The notes below the pieces were generated by a model. The model made no database searches. It saw only the letters and a list, made by a program, of their open reading frames with translations, and was not told the DNA's origin. From Octopus bimaculoides (lineage: Eukaryota), in contig NC_068995.1 of assembly GCF_001194135.2 (NCBI RefSeq), positions 41,149,296 to 41,213,295 on the forward strand: DNA of 64,000 nt, in the 5' to 3' direction. How positions within the stretch are numbered: the stretch's first letter is position 1; the number at the start of each line of letters is the position of its first letter. The translations under genes were made by a program, and so were the position numbers. Positions 37,953-47,417 of the stretch are shown piece by piece.

Positions 37953-38890
37953 ATGAAGCAGATGGCTGGGAGACTGTGCAGCGTGGAGGCAAATCTAAAT
38001 CTCGAAACCACAACAATAATAATAACAGTAATGTTGTTAATAATAATAATAATAATAGTAGTCGATCTGAAAAGTCTTATCATAATAATAATAATAACAG
38101 TAATAACAATGTAGCTGGTTTTGCGAAAAGCCGACGCTCAGAAAAATACTCAAATAATCGAACGTTTGTTGAATCCAACAACAACAACAACAACAACCAT
38201 AGTTGTAATAACAGTCATAATAATAATAATAATTCAAATTTCTCCAAGTCCACCGTTTATCTTCCTGGTCAGAAGGACCGTGTCTTCAGCTCTTCACCAA
38301 CTTCCATACATTCTAACTACATTTTGCCATGTTTTTCTGATCAGAAGCTCCACACAAACTGCCCCAAATCTCCCCAGCCCCACAACAACAACAACAACAA
38401 CAACAACAAAAACAACAGCAGCCACACAAGAGCATACCATGGAAACCATATGACCCCGTTGTCGTCATCGTCGTCGTCAGTGAAACACTCTGTCAAGTCC
38501 CCTCCAACTCCCTCGGGTGCAGCGGAGCATGGAGGCCGGACTGGCAGGACTCAAAGGCGCGAACACACTCCTGACCGGTTCTACGGGAGCCGAACCTGGG
38601 ACTCTGGGATCGGCCTTCATGAGAGGACGCATAGTAAAGAGAGCGAGAAGGAGAACATCCCTGTGCTTGGTTGTGATCTGGATGCCAACGACGGGGATGA
38701 TGAGGCTGAAGATGAACTGTTGTTGGACATATACGAACTTGAGGATTACAACTCGTTGAAAGACGAGGAATCGGACCATGTTGTATTCAGTGAAACTGAA
38801 GAACTACATTCAATGTCTTCCCAGAAATCTCCAGAAATCTCAGATGACGACAAAGTGAATTTTGATGAGGATGAAAAGAAAGCATTTGCT
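37953..38890 (+). CDS. SCAPER: SCAPER large exon: DEADGWETVQRGG... poly-Asn low-complexity region ...KENIP...KKAFA
   Basis: tttctag| acceptor (phase 1) and |gtaagt donor (phase 0). 938-nt open frame. GWETVQRG and the later EKENI resemble vertebrate GWETVQRG and DKENV. Confidence 0.92.
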
Positions 38891-38948
38891 GTAAGTCACC
38901 TCACTCTTTACTTATATTTTTATACTATCGACATTTTTTGGGTGCCAT

Positions 38949-39116
38949 TTTAGCATGCAGTCTACTTGGCCATTTACACTTTAGCATGAAGTATATCCCT
39001 AACCTAACCATAATTCTAATCCTAATCCCTAACCTTAATTCTAATCCTAAACCTTTACTCAGATCAGGTTATTTCACAGTGTAGGCTTCAGATATTGTGG
39101 TAGACTGCATGCTAAA
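38949..39116. mobile_element. 168-bp MITE with 17-bp TIRs and internal CCCTAA-like repeats
   Basis: TTTAGCATGCAGTCTAC (38949-38965) and GTAGACTGCATGCTAAA (39100-39116) form a perfect inverted repeat. Interior ccctaacctaacc...cctaatccctaacc. Confidence 0.82.
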
Positions 39117-39149
39117 TTAGCAATCAGTTTTTCAAATTATTTTTTTTAA

Positions 39150-39367
39150 CACTTTAGCAATTAAACCAGTCATATCCAGTCAAAGTATTCTGCCTGTTTT
39201 ATGGTCAAACTGACCAGATTTGGCCTCTCACAACAACCCTATAATATCACTCTAAAAATTAAGTTACCTCCTCAAAATCTCATATCTACAAGATAATGCA
39301 TAATTAATTTAAAACATAATGAATAAAAAAGTATTACATTTGACGGAATAATGTAAATGCTAAACGG
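39150..39367. mobile_element. piggyBac-like MITE, empty version of the 33972 family
   Basis: ttaa|CACTTTAGCAATT...AATGCTAAACGG|ttta; body similar to 33972-34527 minus the SINE. Confidence 0.72.
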
Positions 39368-39592
39368 TTTATCTTGTAATACTTCAGTTACCATTCTGCT
39401 TTAAACAAAGGACTGTAATAACAAAGTTATTTAATAAATTCTTCATTATTGCAAAATTAATTGAAACAAAAGCAACAAAAAAGTTCAAAATATAAAAATC
39501 TAGGCTTTTTGCTTCTTTCTGGTTAATTATTTTTACTTTTAATGAATCCATACTTTATCGAGTGTGTACGTATGATGCTTTTTATTTTGCAG

Positions 39593-39736
39593 GAACTGAC
39601 TTCAGCCTTAGATGAAGCTGACAAGTTAAGCAGTCAGTTGGAATTGGCAAACCAACAAGAACAAAATTGGCTTGAAAAACTGGCGCAAGAAGAGAGTACT
39701 CCGATTGCTGATGTTGAAACAGAAAATGAAATTGAG
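39593..39736 (+). CDS. SCAPER: SCAPER exon: ELTSALDEADKLSSQLELANQQEQNWLEKLAQEESTPIADVETENEIE
   Basis: ttttgcag| acceptor (phase 0). Similar to ELADRLEKANEE...IETDND. The donor |gttaaa is weak, so the 3' end is less certain. Confidence 0.8.
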
Positions 39737-40274
39737 GTTAAAACTTGCTTCTTTCATTCGAATGAATCTGCACTCAGACAATGATCATCATTATTTTTAT
39801 CTCTTTCCACTTCCTGGCCACTCCTACCCTCTCTTCCACAATATGAGTAGCTGTGTAGCTCCCGTACAACAAGAGAACTGTTCTGTTTTGGCCCCTCCTT
39901 AATATTTTAACCTCTCGTTTCCAAGCATAAAGCCACCTCCTTCTCTACTGTAGCCTCACTCACTTGAAAGGGATCTTCATCATGCAAGCTGCATGGTCAC
40001 CTCACTTGTGCTGGTGCCATGAATAAAGCACCCAATACACACTGTAAAGTAGATGACATTAAGAAGGGGATCAAGCTGTAGAAACCATGCCAAAGCAGGC
40101 ATTGGAGGATGATGCAGACTTTTGATCCATTGGATCCTGTCAAGCAAGTCCAACCATGTTAGCGTGGAACATAGATGTTAAATGATGGTGATGACAACGA
40201 TGTGTGTTTGTGTGCACCCATGTATTGGTTTACCTTTTGCCAATAAATATGTACGCTATTTATTTGGTCTTGAC

Positions 40275-40672
40275 TTCTATGATTATTGCTAGTTTGTCAG
40301 ATTTCTTTTGTCACACATTCGGTGACCTCTTCAATGACTATCTGCGATGGTTGTAAACCACTTTCCCATGGAACCACATGTCTGGTCATGGGGAAATATT
40401 ACCTTGTTTGGAAACAGGTAAGGGTTGGTGACAGGAAGAGCATCCAGCTTTAGAATATCTGCTTCAACAAATTCTATGATTATTGTTAGTTTGTCAGAGT
40501 TCTTTTGTCACACATTCGGTGACCTCTTCAATGACTATCCGTGATGGTTGTGAACCACTTTCCCATGGAACCACATGTCTGTTCATGGGGAAATATTACC
40601 TTGTTTGGAAACAGGTAAGGGTTGGTGACAGGAAGAGCATCCAGCTTTAGAAAATCTGCTTCAACAAATTCT
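40275..40672. repeat. Tandem duplication, 197-bp period, two copies
   Basis: TTCTATGATTATTG(C/T)TAGTTTGTCAGA starts at 40275 and 40472; few substitutions between the copies. Confidence 0.93.
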
Positions 40673-41179
40673 GTGTGATCCCAAGCAAGTATGGGATATG
40701 TGAACATTAAAACAATGTTGATGATGATATAATTAACAATAAAGGTGTAGAAATGGCAGTCATTAAAGAGAAAAATAGAATAATTGTGGTATTCCAGCTC
40801 TCTGTGCTCCTAAGTTCAAATCATGCCAAGGTTACCTTTTGCCAGCCGTCCTTCCAATAAGTTTTTAGTCAAATTATTTGACCATTGGATGGACTATTTT
40901 ATAGTATCTGAAGCAGCAGTTTCTGTTCTGATTTTAAATTGCACCAGAGCTAAACACCCCTCACCATAAGAGTGCCCTGTCCACTGTGGAGAAGTTAGAC
41001 TACAGCCTGCATTGATAAAATTGTAATGGTGTGCTGAGGCTTTCATCCATCGCTGATGAAAAAATGACTGAATGGAAGTTTCATTTACTTTATTGGAAAG
41101 TTTCTTTTAAATTGTATCATTTAGTGATAGTCATTTCCCTAATAAACACGCACACTATTTACTTGATCTTCATTTCAGC

Positions 41180-41228
<49 letters not shown>

Positions 41229-41353
41229 GTTTATTTGTCAGAGTTCTTTCATTACACATTCTGTGACTTCTTCAATGGCTATTTATTCTTCTCTCTATCT
41301 TGTCTTCCCTCTGGTTTTGTTCTGTCTATGCTATCTTTTTTTTATATATATAT

Positions 41354-42305
41354 NNNNNNNNNNNNNNNNNNNNNNNNNNNNNNNNNNNNNNNNNNNNNNN
41401 NNNNNNNNNNNNNNNNNNNNNNNNNNNNNNNNNNNNNNNNNNNNNNNNNNNNNNNNNNNNNNNNNNNNNNNNNNNNNNNNNNNNNNNNNNNNNNNNNNNN
41501 NNNNNNNNNNNNNNNNNNNNNNNNNNNNNNNNNNNNNNNNNNNNNNNNNNNNNNNNNNNNNNNNNNNNNNNNNNNNNNNNNNNNNNNNNNNNNNNNNNNN
41601 NNNNNNNNNNNNNNNNNNNNNNNNNNNNNNNNNNNNNNNNNNNNNNNNNNNNNNNNNNNNNNNNNNNNNNNNNNNNNNNNNNNNNNNNNNNNNNNNNNNN
41701 NNNNNNNNNNNNNNNNNNNNNNNNNNNNNNNNNNNNNNNNNNNNNNNNNNNNNNNNNNNNNNNNNNNNNNNNNNNNNNNNNNNNNNNNNNNNNNNNNNNN
41801 NNNNNNNNNNNNNNNNNNNNNNNNNNNNNNNNNNNNNNNNNNNNNNNNNNNNNNNNNNNNNNNNNNNNNNNNNNNNNNNNNNNNNNNNNNNNNNNNNNNN
41901 NNNNNNNNNNNNNNNNNNNNNNNNNNNNNNNNNNNNNNNNNNNNNNNNNNNNNNNNNNNNNNNNNNNNNNNNNNNNNNNNNNNNNNNNNNNNNNNNNNNN
42001 NNNNNNNNNNNNNNNNNNNNNNNNNNNNNNNNNNNNNNNNNNNNNNNNNNNNNNNNNNNNNNNNNNNNNNNNNNNNNNNNNNNNNNNNNNNNNNNNNNNN
42101 NNNNNNNNNNNNNNNNNNNNNNNNNNNNNNNNNNNNNNNNNNNNNNNNNNNNNNNNNNNNNNNNNNNNNNNNNNNNNNNNNNNNNNNNNNNNNNNNNNNN
42201 NNNNNNNNNNNNNNNNNNNNNNNNNNNNNNNNNNNNNNNNNNNNNNNNNNNNNNNNNNNNNNNNNNNNNNNNNNNNNNNNNNNNNNNNNNNNNNNNNNNN
42301 NNNNN
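41354..42305. other. Largest assembly gap. Others: 1635-2112, 3752-3936, 7680-7689, 10054-10243, 21565-22211, 33708-33725, 37241-37288, 50169-50255, 55632-55661, 59770-60039
   Basis: Runs of N. Confidence 0.99.
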
Positions 42306-42545
42306 AAAACGAGGCATTTGTACTACAGAGCCAGAGGCGGTTTCTGGCCGGTTGGTATTAAAAGAGTTAAAGATAAGGTGTGATACAAGGTAGATTTGTC
42401 TGCTGTATCTAGCAAGTTGAGTGACTGTATAAACGCTATTCCCTTGACTTTTGTACCGGTAATATTTGGATTTCACTTCATTCTGTTTGGATTTGTATCC
42501 AATCCTTATTATTGTTTTTTTTTTTTCATTCTATCTCTCAAATAG

Positions 42546-42660
42546 ATTCTGAAAGTTATAAGAGTAAGTCGTGGGGAGAAATTGTCGACGAGGCCGACGC
42601 CAGAACTCCAGGACACGGCGTCCATATGCATGAAAAACTTTCTTCTCCATCTCGTAAACG
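42546..42660 (+). CDS. SCAPER: SCAPER exon: SESYKSKSWGEIVDEADARTPGHGVHMHEKLSSPSRK(R)
   Basis: aatag| acceptor after a long pyrimidine tract (phase 1) and |gtaagt donor (phase 2). Matches SWGDIVEEEPARPPGHGIHMHEKLSSPSRKR. Confidence 0.96.
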
Positions 42661-44369
42661 GTAAGTAATTATTGCCACCTTCACCTCTGCATGATAGATA
42701 CAGGTGTGGGTGCGTGGTTAAGAAATTTGCTTCCCAACCACATGGTTTTGAGTTTAGTCCCAGTGTGTGGCACCTTGGACAAGTGTCTTCTGCTATAGCT
42801 CTGGACTAACCAAAGCTTGTGAGTGGATTTGGTAGGTGGAAACTGAAAGAAGACCTGTGTGTGTGTGTTTATGTTTGTGTCTCCTTGTCCTTGACATCAT
42901 GTGATAGTTGTAAACGAGAGTCACTGTCATACAAGCAGTATCATTTGTTTCCAAAAAATTCTGCTTGTCTGCAAGGAAATATTTCCTCTCTTGGAAATGG
43001 GTTGAGGTTGGCAACAGGAAAGGCATCCAGTCACAGAAAATCTGACCCACGCAAGCTTGGAAAAGTGAACATTAATAGTGACAATGAAAATTCTTTCATT
43101 ACCTTCTCCATGTTTATTGTCTAAGTTTCACAATTTCCCTTGAGTTTGCTGTTATCTGTCTAGTTCAAGGATACTTTTTGGATTGGTTTTTTTTTTGAGA
43201 CGTTCTGTGGCCAAACTGGAGCAGAAGCCCTACTATCAGTATTATTTCTTGCTTGATCAGTAAGGTCTTAGGATTAGCTGCTTTCTTACTGAGATTCTCA
43301 CCACTCCTAAGCATGGGGCTAAAACCCTTATTTATTAGTTTCAGTTACAAGGGTCAATACTAGTAATCTTCTAGACTTACAAGCATGCTGTCTCCCCTTT
43401 TCGTTTTTTCTATAGTGACTCTTATGGTCTCCTTTCCTTGGAGCTGGCTGCCTCACACCTCCAGCACTCAGACACATCTGTTTACCTATATGCACTTAAC
43501 ATAGCATAGACCGCTGAGCACATTTTATGAAAATGAGACGGCCATACACACATAAAAAAACAAAACATAGTTAAAGTATCTTCTTAGTATATAATGGTGG
43601 CAAGTTTCACATCATCTGAAGTCATTAGTTGAACTATTAATCCTCTTGCATTCTGGTGGGTATCGGAGCATTTGAGTGACATTAGACCCCCAACACACAT
43701 CCATATATTAAATGCATCTATCTGGGCCATGATCATGGCCTGTCGATCTGTGCCTGACAGCCATGATCGTGGCCTGTCGCACTTTGTGTTAAGATGGCTA
43801 CTAAACATGGTCATTGGATACGTCTCGTGCATACACATTATATAAGAGGCATGTGAAACTGTGTTGTGAAATAAACAAACTTTTGGATCAGTTCCAATAT
43901 GTTTAGTTCATATTTGACTGTAAAAAAGCCGTTTTCATAGCAGTTTGCCATGGAGAAAATTTTTGCTTTTGGTAAAAATTGTTAAACACACCAACACTCA
44001 TTTCAGAGCGCCCCCTGTGAACCAATGTATGCAGTTCAAGCTTTTTAGTTATTGTCAGCACTGGATACCAATTGGGACAACCATGAAATGACTTTGGTTG
44101 TCATAGCTTCCTTATAGAAAGTCAGTCAAAACTATCTGCATGTGATGTAGGTAAATGGCTGTTGTAGTTTGTCCTGTGGAATGACTGCTAGTGTTTTTAC
44201 CTTAAAGTGAAGACTTTCTGCATGGCAAACTGTTGTGAAAATTGCTTTTTTTTTTACAGGTCAAGCACATCCTAAATTCATTGAAACTAATCTGAAATGT
44301 TGTTGCCTCATTGAATGCATGAAAGCAAGAACTATGTGTGGCTCTAGGCAAAGGTATGGCTGAGATAGG

Positions 44370-44732
44370 TGCAGGTGTGGCTGTGTCATAAGCAGTGCTT
44401 CCCAACCACATAGATCCTGGTTCAGTCCTGCTGTGTGACACCTTGGGCTGGCCAAAGCCTTGTGAGTGGATTTGGTAGATGGAAGCTGAAAGAAGCCCAT
44501 TATGTAAATATATATACAAGCACACATATACATATATGTGTGTTTGTACCCCACAATCACTTGACAACTGGTGTTGGTGTGTTTACATCCCTGTAACTGT
44601 TTGGCGAAAGAGGCCAATAGAATAAGTACCAGGCTTGAAAAGATATGTATTGAGGTCGATTCATTCAACTAAATATTCTTCGAAGTGGTGCCCCAGCATG
44701 GCCTCAGTCTAATGACTGAAACAAGTAAAAGA
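44370..44732 (+). mobile_element. SINE family D
   Basis: CAGGTGTGGCTGTGTC head and AATGACTGAAACAAGTAAAAGA tail. Confidence 0.83.
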
Positions 44733-44846
44733 TATATATGTATACACACAAATACACACTATTTAAATGTATGGCAGGCATTTAAAGAATTAATTAGGAT
44801 TCTTCTGTCTTTTTCTCTCTCCACATCACCTCTTCTTTGGAATTAG

Positions 44847-44958
44847 GTCTCCCACTGAACGAAAGAAGCGTCATGAACAGAAGCAAGCCAAAGCACAGGA
44901 ACTCCGTACAAAACTGAACCGAGAGAAGGCTGCTAGATTAAAAGAAATCTCAAGGAAG
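44847..44958 (+). CDS. SCAPER: SCAPER exon: SPTERKKRHEQKQAKAQELRTKLNREKAARLKEISRK
   Basis: attag| acceptor (phase 2) and |gtatga donor (phase 0). Coiled-coil similar to ESKKKHEEKQMKAQQLREKLREEK. Confidence 0.93.
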
Positions 44959-45936
44959 GTATGAAGCCGACTATTTTTGGTCATTTTTGATTGCTGTCTC
45001 TTGGATTGTTAGCATCAATTTGGATACGATGTAAGCACTACTTCATCAATTCTTCTCATCCTAACACCCCATACTGACTCTACTCCATCTCTGCTAGTCG
45101 TCCACTTGTCATAAACCTCAGCCCCATCACCTAAACTTCATTGTAACCCCATGTCTTAACTATAAACTTTAACTAAATATAGAAATAAAGTTTTTGTAGA
45201 ACCACCCACCATTTCAAATAAGTTTTGGTTCTGAAACCCACCGCTACTGCCACTTCAATAATTCTCCCTCCCCCCATCCAAAACTGACTTGAAACTATAA
45301 AATTCTAATTCTGAAATATCATCGGACTAGAGATAACCAAGTTACAACAGGTATATAGTCCATTTTTTAAATTCTATAGTGCATTGTTATACCTTTCTAA
45401 ACCTTTTATTCTTTACAAACAATACACAATGCTGCAAGCAAACTACAATACTCTCTTATAAAATTAACTCTTTCATTGTTAATAACATATGGAATCACTC
45501 CATCACACTGACTTACATCCCTAGGCTTTACTTCTTAATCTTACAATGGTTATGATCTGAGGATCTTGTTTGTGTGTGTGTACACACACACACACATACA
45601 TACATATACATGTAAAAGCATCCTTGCTGGTGACATAAAAATGACCCACTACTCTCTTGGAGCGGTTGTCGTTAGAAAGGACATCTCGCCACAGAAACCA
45701 TGCCAAATCAGACAGGAACCTGGTATAGGTTTCGATGATGTAATTGTGTATTTTTAGAACAACATTGTATGATATGTGTGACAGGCCAGATCTGGCTGGT
45801 TTGAACATAAAACAGATAGGATACTTTGAACGGATATGGTTGCTTTAAATAAGTTGGTGCTTAAAAGTACCTCTGAAAGTTGACCATGTCTGTCTCATCG
45901 GTTTAATTTTTTTATTGTATGTATATTATTACCCAG

Positions 45937-46077
45937 GTTGAAGAGGTTCGAGCTTGGAAAGATGATTTACTTCGTCAGAAAAAGGCTACCATGGAACGGA
46001 AACTACTTCAGGCTGAAGAGAAACGCCAGATGCAACTCAAAATGAAGGCACAGAAGGCTCATGATGAAGAGGCCAAG
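45937..46077 (+). CDS. SCAPER: SCAPER exon: VEEVRAWKDDLLRQKKATMERKLLQAEEKRQMQLKMKAQKAHDEEAK
   Basis: cccag| acceptor and |gttaat donor, phases 0/0. Matches DVRKWKEELL...MEEKLLHAEFKR...KAQEEEAK. Confidence 0.94.
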
Positions 46078-46640
46078 GTTAATATTTAATTGCAATTACC
46101 TGCCTGGTTTTCATATTGCTTCAGTGTAGCGTGTTCATTTATTGTGAATGTTGTTGTTGTTGTTGTTGCTATGGCTTCCCTTTTCTTTTTTTTGTTTCAT
46201 TGTTTTAAAAGAATAACTTTTTCATTTCTGTTTTAACACAACTGTCCTGTAATACTTTAACTTCAACCTGTCTCTAATTACACTCACATATTCACCTGGA
46301 ATATTGCACAAGTGCTTTACACACCTGGCTGCCCTCTACATAGAACAAGCAGACCACCTGATTAGTTAGTTGATTCACCCAAAACAGATGTTAAATGTCA
46401 ACATGCATCCAATAGCATTCAGTGTCCAGACTACATGACATTATATCTTGGAATGATTGTAGAACATGGTCTCAGACCCTACTAGCTGATGGCATTTTTT
46501 AAGTAGATGACACCTGTAAGTCGGTTCTAAATCTTAAAATTACTCTTCCATGTGAATCCTTAAACATGCTGGAGATAATTTCTTCATTTGGTTATGTTGT
46601 CACATATGAGGCCACAGTGAAAGGTTTTAGAGGTGTGAAG

Positions 46641-46870
46641 CAGTGGTTCTCAACTGGGGTCCATGTTGCCCTTCCCTTGGAGGTCCATATAAGATTTTGT
46701 TGTTAGAATTTTTCTGCAATAAATTAACCACTTTTTATACAGTTCCTAATAATATTTGATTATAAAAATACAGCAGTTTTTAAACATTGAATGACTAATG
46801 AGGGTCCCCACTTCCTGTGTAAGATAGGAATCAACGGGGTCCATAAGCAAAAACTGGTTGAGAATCACTG
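46641..46870. mobile_element. hAT-like MITE
   Basis: TIRs CAGTGGTTCTCAAC / GTTGAGAATCACTG; 8-nt flanks gtgtgaag / gtatagag match at 5 of 8 positions (eroded TSD). Confidence 0.75.
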
Positions 46871-47024
46871 GTATAGAGAATTGAAGTGATTGTATTTTCT
46901 GATTGGTTGTTTATTATATAGCCATCAGAATAGTGAACTGAACTCCTGCTCAGTTTGAACTCAGAATGTTAGGAGATGGAGAAAATAGTGTCTGGGTATT
47001 TAATCATTTAATCTACCACTTGAA

Positions 47025-47417
47025 GTGGAGGTGCAATGGCCCAGTGGTTAGGGCAGTGGACTCGCGGTCATAGGATCGCAGTTTCGATTCCCAGACCAAG
47101 CGTTGTGAGTGTTTATTGAGCGAAAACACCTAAAAGCTCCACGAGGCTCCGGCGGGGGATGGTGGCGAACCCTGCTGTAGTCTTTCACCACAACTTTCTC
47201 TCACTCTTACTTCCCGTTGCTGTTGTGCCTGTAATTCAAAGGGTCAGCCTTGTCACACTGTGTCACGCTGAATATCCCCGAGAACTACGTTAAGGGTACA
47301 CGTGTCTGTGGAGTGCTCAGCCACTTGCACATTAATTTCACGAGCAGGCTGTTCCGTTGATCGGATCAACTGGAACCCTCGACATCATAAGCGACGGAGT
47401 GCCAACAACAACAACAA
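47025..47417 (+). mobile_element. Full-length SINE family A flanked by ~100-bp direct repeats
   Basis: 46921-47023 matches 47418-47520 with about 5 mismatches. Confidence 0.93.

Noticed and set aside
43584-43838. Minus-strand ORF with IDAFNIW resembling a LINE C-terminus, containing the 16-bp palindrome GGCCATGATCATGGCC
   Set aside because: Similarity is too short to assign; the palindrome probably comes from a small local duplication.
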